DNA from: Somniosus microcephalus
Lineage: Eukaryota
DNA: 64,000 bases
Reading direction: 5' to 3'
Assembly (NCBI GenBank): GCA_052327205.1
Contig: CM126211.1
Location: 119,350,001 to 119,414,000 of the forward strand
Shown: piece after piece, positions 25,945 to 37,356 of the stretch
Numbering within the stretch: position 1 is the first letter of the stretch
Layout: every line of letters begins with the position of its first letter
The notes under the pieces: generated by a model
Told to the model about the DNA's origin: nothing
The model's input: the letters and a program-made list of their open reading frames with translations, nothing else
The model's database searches: none
Made by a program: the position numbers and the translations under genes

Positions 25945-26583
25945 GCAGCCAAATCGCCCACTATCAACATCCTGGGGGGGTCACCATTGACCAGAAATTC
26001 AATTGGACCAGCCACATAAATGACGTGGCTGGTATTCTGCATCAAGCGACTTACCTCCTGACTCTCCAAAGCCTCTCCATCACCTACAAGGCACAAGTCA
26101 GAAGTGTGGTAGAATACTTTTCACTTGCCTGGATGGGTGCAGCTACAACACTGAAGAAGCTCGACACCATCCAGGACAAAGTAGTCTGTTTGATAGATAG
26201 CCCATCCACCACCTTAAACATCCATGACTGAGCTACAGGATGCACTGCAGCAACTCACCAAGGCTTCTTCGACAGCACCTCCCAAACCCGTGACTTCTAC
26301 CACCTAAAGGAACAAGAGCACCAGGTGCATGCCAACACCACCACCTGCAAGTTCCCCTCCAAGTCACACACCATCCTGACTTGGATATATATCACCATTC
26401 CTTCATTGTCACTGGATCAAAATCCTGGAACTCCCTACCTAACAGCATTGTGGGAGCACCTTTATCACCCAGACTGCAGCGGTCCAAGAAGGTGTCGCAC
26501 CACCACCTTCTCAAGGGCAACTGGGGTGGGCAATAAATGCTGGGCTTGCTAGAGACGCCCATATCTCAAGAATGAATTAAAAG
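25945..26583 (+). mobile_element. LINE 3' fragment (CR1/L2 group)
   Basis: YKAQVRSVVEYFSLAW..KKLDTIQDK and SWNSLP-type C-terminal motifs; 3' end CAATAAATGCTGG..AAGAATGAATTAAAA. Confidence 0.7.
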
Positions 26584-27834
26584 AAGCAACCATAACTTGA
26601 TACAGTCTTTCTGGGCTGTATTGCAAAAAGCCTCCAGACCTGTCCGGGGAGGGGAAGCATTGTTCCAGCACTCTAATTGTCTGTTCAACATTGGCTCTTG
26701 TTGACCTGTGGCTCTAGCTGTATCGCGTTTCAGCAAGTAAATGTGGATATCGGAGCGGTGTTATGAGCCAGATTGAAAGGGATAATCTTGGTGCTAAGCC
26801 ACCAGCCTCTAACTTGCTGTGCTGGGTTAAAGAGTAGGGTGGAATAGTGGACTGGCTCAGAAAGGTGGATACAAATCTATATGATATGCTGGTGGTGATC
26901 AAACAGCAGCTGAACATTAAAGGTGTGAAAGCCCTGAAAAAGAGGAAAGGTACGAATTGGATAGTTTTGCAAACAGGGCATCAGGCACCTACTGCCGACT
27001 GATTATTACTAGTATTCCCCATTTCAGCCTGGAAGGAGCCCGTATCCAAAGAAATTGAGGGCAGTTGTTACTTTCACTTCCACAAGCAATACAGTGCTGT
27101 GGTAAGGGGTTGCCGACAATGTTCCCTCTAATTTCTTTTTGTACTGAGCGGGCCACGATCTCCTTTGAGTGCGACCTTTTTGTCCGTGGGCAAATTTTAC
27201 TGCAACAACTTTTACAACAACAGCAACCACTTAAAAGCATATATACAGTAATGGCATATTGCCACCCCACCGTCTCAAATCATGAGACAATCAGACAAGG
27301 TTCTACACAAGTTTAACATAACTTCTTTGCTTTTGAGTTCCATTCCTCTATAAATTAACCCCAGTGCTTTATTTGCACTTTTATGGCTTTTTTTAACCTG
27401 CATTGCTACTTTTAATGATTTATGAATCTATACTCCTAGATCCCTTTGCACCTCTACCCCATTAAGACTCTTAGGCCTAGAAATTCAGTATAGCCACTTT
27501 TGGGGCGGTAAAGTCGGGCGGCCGCTAAATTTTGCGCCCGGCGCAAAGTCGCGCCCCCTTCGCCGATATTCAGTCGCATCGCCCCAAGAGGCTGCTGCTG
27601 CGCTAAAACAGGCGATGCACGACTATCTTTAGGCGCTAAGCCGGCGGTGCTGAGCGATACCACCGAGGCCAGGCGCAGCGCAGGTGCGGCGAGTTTTTGA
27701 TTGACGGCAGACACTCTGGCGCCGGTCAGCTCTTAAAGGAGGAGGGTCGATTTGTTTGCCTGCCACGCCCTGCACACTGCAGCCCTCAACCTAGGCCTGA
27801 CCACTTCAGCTTCACCTGTACAACACCCAGGACT

Positions 27835-29964
27835 ATGGAGAAGGCCAGGGAGAGAGCGCAGTGCTTCAGTGACGGTGACCTGAGAGTGCTGGTTGGCGGA
27901 GTGGAGCGTAGGCACCATGTTTTGTACCCAGAAGGTGGCAAGAGGCCGCTGCCCAGCGCCTACCGGAAAGCCTGGAGGGAGGTGTCCAACAGGGTGTCTT
28001 CCAACAGCGTGGTTGCCAGGACTGCTGTGCAATGCCGGAAGAAGTTCAACGACCTCACTCGGGTTGTCAGGGTGAGTACCCTTTCCAGTGTCCTCCTCAT
28101 CCTTGCATGTGCACCTCACATTATGGGCAAAGGGACCTGAAAGCCCTAATGGCCAGCCCTCATCCAGCAGCTATGGGACTGGCATGAAAATCACTTGCAC
28201 ATTCAGCACTTTACACACTGTCCAAGCTATTCGACCATGGGAGGCAGTGCAGACAAGATCAGGGCTACACACTGTCCAAGCTATTCGACCATGGGAGGCA
28301 GTGCAGACAAGATCAGGGCTACACACTGTCCAAGCTATTCGACCATGGGAGGCAGTGCAGACAAAATCAGGGCTACACACTGTACAAGCTATTCGACCAT
28401 GGGAGGCAGTGCAGACAAGATCAGGGCTACACACTGTACAAGCTATTCGACCATGGGAGGCAGTGCAGACAAGATCAGGGCTACACACTGTACTTAGAGG
28501 CCGTCCTTTCTCTTGCAGGCCAAGGTTGCGCACAACCGGTGCAACCAAACTGAGACCGGGGGAGGCCGTCCTGACATCAAAGAGCTCTCCGACCTCGACC
28601 AGTGTGTGGAGCGCATTATGGGAGGCCGGCTGATTGGCCCCGTCGCCACTGGAGATGCCGACCCTGTTCTGGGCACCAATGGTAAGGGCATGACCTTTTG
28701 GACCTCTCTCGTTCCACTTGCGCATCAGATCAGCATCCTTTCCCACTGTCCGACCAATGCGGTGAATGGCACCACTCATGCCTCCCTCGCTGCCGCCCTG
28801 TCCTCACTCTAAAGCTACTCTTGTGCCTTCCTGCTCTCAGATGGTGAATCGCCAGGTGAGGAGGCGGGCCCTCAAGCTGCCACTGTCAGCCCTTCGGAAG
28901 ACGAGGAGGAGGAAGAGGAAGCCGGCCCATCAGTGCCACCCTCAGCAGCGCCAGCCCATGCCGATGTAGGGGACATGTCTTCCCTGGAGGGGAGCCGGGG
29001 GGAAGGGTCGGAGGAGAGTGAAGCTCCGGGGCCCAGCAGCCTGCAGCAATGCGGGAGGGGTGGGGAAGCTCGGCGGACTTCTCCCCAGAGGGTGAGTGCA
29101 GCCTCCAGTCCTGCGACGGTCAGTGCAGAGGAGGTGCGCCTCCTAGAGGAAATGGCCGTCCAGGCTGAGCGCAGGCACACTGAGCTCATGGCTGCAGTGG
29201 CAAGGATGCCTGACTCCATAGAGTCACTGGCAAGGAGTGTGCAGGAATTCGGGTCAGCACAGGCCAGGAGTCTGCAACAATTCAGTGCAGCACAGGCCAG
29301 GAGTCTGGAACAATTCAATGCAGCACAGGCCAGGAGTGTGCAGGACATCAATGCAGCACAGGCCAGGAGTCTGCAGGACATCGCGGCAGCACAGGCCACG
29401 AATCTGCAGGACTTCACGGCAGCACAGTCGGCTTCTAGCCAAGTGCTCAGTCATGCCGTCCGTTCACTGGCTGGTGTATTGCGGACACAGACCAGGGCCA
29501 CACGGGCACTAACTGCTGCCACCCTCGCTGGATCAGCCAGGCCTCACCAGGGCACTCGCCGCGCAGCAGCAGCCCAGCAATCTGTCCTTCAGCTGGTTGC
29601 TGCGCATGCTGCACTGCTGGCCCGTGCGAGTGCCAATGTGTCAGGTGACCAGCGAGCACCTGCGATCTGCCAGGTTGCCACCATTCCTGCAGCCGACACT
29701 GCCACTCTGCCATTGCAGCTGCCACGAGCTGCTGGACAGACTGCTGCCGCCCAGCCAGAGTTGGAGCAGTCAGCAGCCGGCCCCTCCAAGGCCAGAGCTG
29801 GTGCAGGCCGACCCCCAAGGGCATCTGCCGTCTCGCCATCTGCCCCTCAGCAGCCTTCCCCCAGCATTGCTGCAGCCACTGGGCTCCCATTGAGGAGGAG
29901 CAGCAGGGCGGGCAGGGGCCAGGCAAGGATGCGCAAGGCATCGCCCTCGCAGGGCAAAAAGTAG
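27835..29964 (+). CDS. Harbinger Myb/SANT-like DNA-binding protein, 3 exons (27835-28071, 28519-28681, 28841-29964), about 507 aa
   Basis: FSDGDLRVLV...AWREV...RTAVQCRKKFNDL trihelix motif. GT-AG sites with phases 0 and 1 join all exons without a stop; basic C-terminus. Confidence 0.85.
28213..28492. repeat. 54-bp tandem repeat x5 in intron 1 of the Myb gene
   Basis: Unit ACACACTGTCCAAGCTATTCGACCATGGGAGGCAGTGCAGACAAGATCAGGGCT, near-identical copies. Confidence 0.95.
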
Positions 29965-30021
29965 AGGTATGCACAAATGCCTGGTGCTTGTTGGAAGGCC
30001 GACACTTGTGCAGTTGTTTTG

Positions 30022-30205
30022 GTGTAAGGCCGAGACTGGTGTCTATCTGTTTTTGTGTAAGGCCGAGACTGGTGTCTATCTTTATTTGTGTAAGGCCGAG
30101 ACTCGTGTCTATCTTTATTTGTGTAAGGCCGAGACTGGTGTCTATCTTTATTTGTGTAAGGCCGAGACTGGTGTCTTTCTTTATTTGTGTAAGGCCGAGA
30201 CTGGT
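30022..30205. repeat. 33-bp tandem repeat x5.5 between the convergent Harbinger genes
   Basis: Unit GTGTAAGGCCGAGACTGGTGTCTATCTTTATTT. Confidence 0.95.
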
Positions 30206-30403
30206 AGTTTTGTGTTTTTGGAGGGGGCTTCTCCACATGAGCATGTAATGTGGGAAGGGCAGAGGTTTTCAATAAATTTTTGTTGTTAAATTGCAGTGTG
30301 CATGGTTTTTTGGTTAAGTCCTGGTTGGCCTGCTCGGTGAGGGCTTGTGGAGCGGCTACATTCATCTGCTGACATTGGCACAAGCCAGTCCCTGAGAGGG
30401 GGC

Positions 30404-31534
30404 CTAGAACCGACGTTCAATAAGCCGGCGACAGGCGGCCCTTGCACTTTGTGCCTCCCTCCTGTGCTGGTCCTCCTCCTCCTCCTCCTGCTCCTCCTCC
30501 TCAGGTGGTCCTCCAATGTGTGGTGGCAGTGGCTGAGTCCTGCGGATAGCCAGGTTGTGCAGCATGCAGCAAATGACGACGAAATGGGAGACTCGCTCCG
30601 GCGAATACTGCAGTGCTCCCCCGGAACGATCGAGACAGCGGAACCGTTGCTTCAGGACGCCGATTGTTTGTTCGATGATGTTCCTGGTCGCTTGATGGCT
30701 CTCGTTGTATCGCTCTTCAGCAGGGGTGCTGGGCGCACGGAGCAGGGTCATCAGCCAGGTACACAAAGGATAGCCTTTGTCCCCGATAAGCCATCCTCGT
30801 GGGTGAGGCTGGGCCTGGAACATGTCTGCCACAGAAGTCTGTCGGAGGATGAAGGCATCGTGGCTGCTGCCTGGAAAGCGGGCATTGACAGCTAGGATGA
30901 GCTGCCTGTGGTCACACACCAGCTGTACGTTCAGCGAATGGTAGCCCTTCCGGTTGCGGTAATCCTCGGCATTCTCCAGAGGTGCCCGCAAAGCCACATG
31001 CGTACAGTCAATAGCGCCCTGCACCATGGGGAAGCCCGCGAATGCTGCAAAGCCCATTGCACGCTGTTGCTGCTTGTCAAGGGCCATGGAGAAGGAGATG
31101 AACTGACGTCTCCTTTTGAAAAGGGCATTGGTCACCTGGCGGATGCAGCAATGCACGGCGAACTGGGAGATGTTGGCAATGTCGCCAGTAGCGGATTGGA
31201 AGGAGCCGGTGACATAAAAGTTGAGAGCCACCGTCACCTTCACTGCCACCGACAGAGATGTCCTGCACCTCAGCTGTGGCTGCAGATCACCGGCAAGCAG
31301 CTGGCAGATCTCTGTGACCACGTCCCTTCTGAATCGCAGCCTCCGAACACACTGCTCCTCAGACATGTTGAGATAGGAGAACTGCTGGCGGTATACCCTG
31401 GGTGGGTAAGGCCTCCTTTGCCGATGCCTGTTGCCCCCTCTCCGTCTAGCCAGGGCTGCCAGTCTCTCATGGCGTCTCTGAGCCCTTTGGATGTAATTGA
31501 GAAAGCCAGCGTTTACACCCATTGCAGCCCCCAT
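30404..31534 (-). CDS. Harbinger DDE transposase, 376 aa
   Basis: Open frame with catalytic GAIDCTH, IGDKGYP and RNIIEQTIGVLKQRFRCL; N-terminal HTH region and acidic tail. Confidence 0.93.
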   Translation of the reverse strand: MGAAMGVNAGFLNYIQRAQRRHERLAALARRRGGNRHRQRRPYPPRVYRQQFSYLNMSEEQCVRRLRFRRDVVTEICQLLAGDLQPQLRCRTSLSVAVKVTVALNFYVTGSFQSATGDIANISQFAVHCCIRQVTNALFKRRRQFISFSMALDKQQQRAMGFAAFAGFPMVQGAIDCTHVALRAPLENAEDYRNRKGYHSLNVQLVCDHRQLILAVNARFPGSSHDAFILRQTSVADMFQAQPHPRGWLIGDKGYPLCTWLMTLLRAPSTPAEERYNESHQATRNIIEQTIGVLKQRFRCLDRSGGALQYSPERVSHFVVICCMLHNLAIRRTQPLPPHIGGPPEEEEQEEEEEDQHRREAQSARAACRRLIERRF

Positions 31535-31540
31535 AATATG

Positions 31541-31750
31541 CTGGCAAACAATGAGATGTCAATGAAGGCAAAAACTTTTTGAAAGCTGTGGCCTGAGGCC
31601 AGAAGTACCTGTCCGAGTGTTGGGCCAAAGCAGAAAGCTATCTACCTTGGTCTCTCTCCAAAGATCCGTTTCGCAAGAAGGTGTGCTGCAAAATGGCAGC
31701 TTTTTATATTGCAGGATGAGTGCCCTTTAATTTGCGCCCCCCGCATTGGC
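31541..31750 (-). promoter_or_regulatory. Candidate transposase core promoter and 5' UTR intron
   Basis: Minus strand has CCAAT (about 31749), TATAAAA (about 31708), donor AG|GTAGAT at 31645 and acceptor TTTGCCAG at 31541 just upstream of the ATG. Confidence 0.45.
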
Positions 31751-33593
31751 TGAGCACCGTTCCACTTCACAGTCGCTAGGGGCGCCAGGCGCACAATGGG
31801 GCGGCGCGACTGAAGTTCTGGTTGGGGGCGCACAAAGGGCGTTGCACGAGGAAATGACGTCATGATCTGCGCGCGCAGCTGAGCGCGCGCAAAGACTTTG
31901 CGCCGCCGCTAAATCTCTAGTGAAGTTGGGGCGAGGCGCAGTTCGCGCTTCGCCCGGGTGCAAGCCGCCTAGCGCCCGGAATCTACTCCTCCTAAGGCGC
32001 TAACAGCTGGCGCAACCAACTGAATTTCTAGGCCTTATTTTCCAAGGAGTAGGTAGCCTCCTTATTCCTCCTACCAAAATGCACCACCTCACACTTAACT
32101 ATACTGAAATTCATTTGTCATTTACATGCCCATTCTGCAAGTTTGTTTACGGTAGAATTAATTTAAAGCTTTTAGTTCGTCATGTACAAACTCTATTTTT
32201 TAAAAAGTTACTTGTCAGAAATGACTGGGATATAAAAGAACTGCATAATAATGCATTAACACTTCAGAAACATCACTCAGTTACACGGTTATGCATCGAC
32301 AAACAATCCAAAAGCCCAAGGTAAGCTGAAAGAGGCATATCTATTCGTGCAATTTGTATTAATTTTAACATTTTCAACGTATTAGCCTATCTCTCATGTC
32401 ACTATGGCAATGGCTGCACAAGTAGCAGGAGCAGCGACTTTCCTATGGCGCTGACGTGCTGGACGTCCAGATACGTAATTAGAATATTAATCACAATGCA
32501 ACCAGACAACCAACAAATATAAAGTGCTGTAGTTCTTTAGTTCACAGTATTAAAAAGACTTGAACAAGAACGGGTGTCCATATTTTCAACTTCAATCACT
32601 TCCATTAATAAATTTTATCTTCTTGAGCCAGCACACCCCCCCATGTAACATGTCAGAAATGCAGCACTTATTCACAAGTGCAGAAAAACACATACACAAT
32701 TTGTGTTACCGAATTAAAAACAAAAAGCAGGAAAAGCTATGATTTAACAGAAATAAACATTTATCTTTCTTCCTGGACAGGAGAACCAATCAGACTGACT
32801 TGGAAATGTTTACTAGTATGTTGACGTAAAAATGTTAATTTACGAATTTCGCTAATGTTTTTCTCTCCAACATTCGCCACAATATTTGAGGAGCTAGGAT
32901 CCAAATTAAAAAGCAGAACCTCAAAGGTAATAATCTCTGGGTTGTTACCTGAGCCACGCGCAAATTGGCATAGGGACAAACAGATTAGAGGTTTAAATGC
33001 GTGGCTCAAAGAGTGGTGTGGGAGGAAGGGGTTTCGGTTCATGGGGCACTGCCACCAGTACTGGGGAGAGGGAGCTGTTCCGTTGGGACGGGCTCCACTT
33101 AAACCGGGCTGGGACCAGTGTCCTGGTGAACCGAAGAACTAGGGCAGAAGACAGGGCTTTAAACTAATGAAGGGGGTGCGGGAGGATTCAGCAAAGAGTA
33201 AATTTAAAAGCAGCGAGAGAAATGTCAAGGCTCTAGAGCAGAGTAGGTTTCTGGGTAAAAATAAACACAGTGGGTCAGGAAGGGACAGCGAGAGTAACAA
33301 AGGTAATAAGGCATCAGTGACTAAGGTGACATTAGGGGAAAATAGAAATAAGTCAAAGCTAAAGGCACTATATCTGAATGCGCGAAGCATTCACAACAAA
33401 ATTGATGAATTAACAGTGCAGATAGAAATGATTAGGTTTGATCTAATAGTCATTACGGAGACGTGGTTGCAATGTGGCCAAGGTTGGAAACTAAACATTC
33501 CAGGATACTTAACTTTTAGAAGTGATAGGCAAAATGGAAAAGGAGGAGCGGTAGCCCAATAATAAAGGATGGGATAAAGACAGTAAAGAGAAA

Positions 33594-34326
33594 GGGGTAA
33601 AAATTGAGTCGCGCCCCCTTTGGGGCTTTAACTTCGCCGGGGTGCTACTTTTAATGCCCCGGAAAAATTAACGCCCCCGAGGCCGAAAATGAGTGGTGGC
33701 ACCCCAAGAGGGAAGCGGGGTGCTACTGGAAGTGTCCCGCCTCCCTCTTGGGGCGCAGCGAGGGAATATTGCGGTGCTATGTGCCGCGGTATTGCAGGCC
33801 TTCCTCCCCTTTTAGAAGGGGAGGGCCCTTGCACAGCGCGACCCGGGGCCCAGCTGGGCCACCAGGGATCGGAGTGCCGGCAAGAGAGCCCGGCACTCAA
33901 GAGAAGTGCCGGGCTCATGGAGCGCAGCTGGCACTCGGCGGGGGGGGGGCGGGTCAGGAGGCCGGGGACGGCAGCGGAGGCAGGTGCTGGCAGGCGGCCA
34001 GCAACAAAAATGGCTGCCCGGCACCTCGCCATTAATTAGCGCCACCCCGGCCGCAGGTAGGCCCCCCTGACCTCGTCAAACATAGCATCCGGCGGTAAGT
34101 CAGGGGGTGCTACCGAAGATTGCAGGCGGGATGCTGTGCACGGCGATGACATCATCATCGCCAGCGCAGCGCCGTGGGGTGCTAACGGTTAACGCCGCCG
34201 CTAACCTCCCGCTTAATTTTGCGGGAGGCATTGGCGACGCTGCGCCCGGGTTCTAGTTGCTTTGTGCCCCGTTAGCACCCTCTTAGGGCACCAACGCGAG
34301 GCGCAAAGCAACCAAATTTTTCCCCC
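33594..34326. mobile_element. Harbinger-type MITE in CR1 endonuclease region
   Basis: TIR GGGGTAAAAATT / AATTTTTCCCCC with 3-bp TSD AAA; CR1 resumes on both sides. Related to 3040-3315 and 42508. Confidence 0.8.
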
Positions 34327-35668
34327 AAAGGATCTTAGCTCTGAAAGTCAAGAAATAGAATCAGTTTGGGTGGAGCTAAGAAACAGCAAGGGGCAGAAAA
34401 CATTGGTGGGAGTTGGTTATAGGCCCCCAAACAGTAGTTGTAATGTAGCGCAGAGTATAAATTAGGAAATTAGAGGCGCATGTAACAAGGGTAATACAGT
34501 AATCATGGCGGACTTTAATCTACATATAGACTGGGCAAACCAAATTTGCAGTAATAGTGTGGAGGACAAATTCATGGAATGTATGCAAGATAGTTTTCTA
34601 GATCAGTATGTTGAGGAACCAACTAGGGAACAGGCTATTTTAGATCTAGTATTGTGCAACGAGAAAGGATTAATTAATAACCTTGCAGTAAAGGGGCCTT
34701 TAGGGAAGAGTGACCATAATATGATAGAATTTTATATTGAGTTTGAAAGTAATTTAGTTAAATCCAAAACTCAGGTCTTAAATCTAAACAAAGCAAACTA
34801 CGTAGGTATGAGGGATGAGTTGGCTATGGTAGATTGGGAAACTACATTAAAAGTAATGATGGTAAAGAAACAATGACTGGCATCTAAAGAATTAATACAT
34901 AATTTACAACAAATACACATTCCTCGAAGGCATAAAAACCCCACAGGAATAGGGGTCCAACCGTGGCTAACAAAAGAAGTTAAAGATAGTATTAGATCAA
35001 AGGAAGAGGCTTATAATGTTGCCAAAAAGAACAGTAAGCCTGAGGATTGGGAGGATTTTAGAATTCAGCAAAGTTAGTCCAAGAAATTGATAAAGAAAGG
35101 GAAAATAGAATGAGAGTAAACTAGCGAGAGGCATAAAAACACACTATATGTATGTAAAAAGGAAAAAATTAGCAAAAGTAATTGTGGGTCCCTTACAGGC
35201 TGAGACAGGAGAAATTATAATGGGGAATAAGGAAATGGCAGAGAAATTAAACAAATACTTATAGTGTCTGTCTTCAGAAGATGCAAAAAAACTTCTCAGA
35301 AATAGTGGAGAACCAAGGGTCTAGTGAGAATGAGGAACTGAAAGAAATTAATATTAGTAAACAAATAGTACTGGAGAAATTAATGGGACCGAAAGCCGAT
35401 AAATCCCCTGGACCTGATGGCCTACATCCAAGGGTTTTGGAAGAGGTGGCTATGGAGATAGTGGATGCATTGGTTGTCTTTTTCCAAAATTCCATAGATT
35501 CGAGAACGGTTCCCGCAGATTGGAAGGTAGCAAATGTAACCCCACTATTTAAGAAAGGAGGGAGAGGGAAAACGGGGAACTGCAGACCAGTTAGCCTGAC
35601 ATCAGCAGTAGGGAAAATGCTAGAATCTATTATTAAGGACGTGGTAACAGGGCACTTAGAAAATAATA

Positions 35669-36056
35669 CAGGAAACTCTTAGGTATCCAGCACCGACGGG
35701 ACTGTGATGGCGCCGGTTGATTAAAAATTCCGGATGACGGAGAGGGTTATCTACCGAGGCTATTTTTAACAAACAAATATAAAAAAAATCAAGAAATGTG
35801 CAGTATACAGTAGTTGGGTACTCCCGGCAGCGCGGGAGAGTCAGACTCCTGCTATTGAGGTGTTCGGACTTCCGACAGTGCCAAGAAGCCGAGTAGTGGC
35901 AGTTTAGAGAACTACCCCCACTGACTAACTCGGCCACCGCAGGAGACTCGGACTCGGCAACATTTCCAGTTATTGAGGTGTTGTTTTCGGAGTATGAATT
36001 TTGCCGGTTAATACAGAATTCCGGATATTTAGGTGCTGTTTAACGAGAGTTTCCTG
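35669..36056. mobile_element. Tc1/mariner-type MITE in CR1 RT region
   Basis: TIR CAGGAAACTCT(C) / GAGAGTTTCCTG with TA TSD; CR1 frame HLENN|NRIGQSQHG rejoins. Confidence 0.85.
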
Positions 36057-37356
36057 TAATAGGATTGGGCAGAGTCAACATGGATTTATGAAAGGGAAAT
36101 CATGTTTGACAAATCTGTTAGAGTTTTTTGAGGTTGTAACTAGCAGAATAGATAAGGGGGAACCAGTGGATGTGGTATATTTGGATTATCAGAAAGCATT
36201 CAATAAGGTGCCACACAAGAGGTTATTAAACAAAATTAGGGCTTATGGAATTGGGGGTAATATACTAGCATGGATTGAGAATTAGTTAACGGACAGAAAG
36301 CAGAGAGTAGGAATAAACAGGTCATTTTCGGGTTGGCAGGCTGTAACTAGTGGGGTACTGCAAGGATCAGTGCTTGGGCCTCACCTATTCGCAATCTAGA
36401 TCAATGATTTGGATGAGGATACCAAATGTAATATATCCAAGTTTGCTGATGATACAAAGCTGGGTGGGAATGTAAGTTGTGAGGAGGATGCAGAGGCTTC
36501 AAGGGGATACAGACAGGCTAAGTGGGTGGGCAAGAACATGGCAAATGAAATATAATGTGAAGAAATGTGAAGTTATCCACTTTGGTAGGAAAAATAGAAA
36601 AGCAGAGTATTTTTTAAATGGTGAGAGATTGGGAAATGTTGGTGTTCAGAGGGACCTGGGTGTCCTTGCACACGAATTACTGAAAGTTAACATACAGGTA
36701 CAGCAAGCAATTAGGAAAGCAAATGGTATGTTGGCCTTTATTACAAGAGGATTTGAGTATAACAGTAAATAAATCTTACTGCAATTATATAGAGCCCTGG
36801 TAAGACCACACCTGGAGTATTGTGTACAGTTTGGTCTCCTTACCTAGGGAAAGATATACTTGCCATAGAGGGAGTGCAACAAAGGTTCACCAGACTGATT
36901 CCTGGGATGAGGGGACTGTCCTATGAGGAGAGATTGAGTAGACTAGGCCTATATTCTCTAGAGTTTAAAAGAATGAGAGATGATCTCATTGAAACATACA
37001 ACATTCTTACAGGGCTTGACAGGGTAGATGCAGGGAAGATGCTTCCCCTGGCTGGGTAGTCGAGAACCAAGTGTCACAGTCTCAGAATAAGCAGTCAGGC
37101 ATTTAGGACTGAGATGAGCAGAAATGTCTTCACTCAGAGGGTGGTGAATCTTTGGAATTCTCTACCCCAGAGGGCTGTGGAGGCTCAGTCGTTGAGTATA
37201 TTCAACACAGATATCGATAGATTTTTAGATATTAAGGGAGTCAAGGGATATGGGGATCGGGCAGGAAGGTGGAGTTGAGGTAGAAGATCAGCCATGATCT
37301 CATTGGAGCAGGCTCGAGGGGTCGAATGGCCTACTCCTGCTCCTATTTTTTATGTT

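Larger units (their letters stand above)
23873..27110. mobile_element. Old fragmented Harbinger element carrying nested SINE/LINE insertions
   Basis: Myb remnant RAPSFFDTAVEMLVEQV (24153, +). Transposase remnants VEVKVTTALNFF (about 27060, -) and NVEQTIRVL..DRSGG (about 26650, -). Confidence 0.6.
27474..32034. mobile_element. Apparently intact autonomous Harbinger transposon, 4561 bp
   Basis: Perfect 16-bp TIR GGCCTAGAAATTCAGT and TTA TSD (27471-73, 32035-37). Two convergent open genes; the flanks rejoin into one old CR1 fragment. Confidence 0.95.
32880..37356 (+). mobile_element. Degenerate CR1 LINE (end of ORF1 plus ORF2) with two MITE insertions
   Basis: ELGSKLKSRTSKVIISGLLP, LYLNARS, DFN, KSDHN and RT motifs with many stops; CR1 3' UTR. 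Confidence 0.92.

Noticed and set aside
26989-27270. Cys-rich ORF as a host exon
   Set aside because: Overlaps a MITE end and a Harbinger transposase remnant in another frame.
28213-30205. 54-bp and 33-bp arrays as CRISPR-like arrays
   Set aside because: Units are contiguous with no unique spacers, the context is eukaryotic and no cas genes are present.
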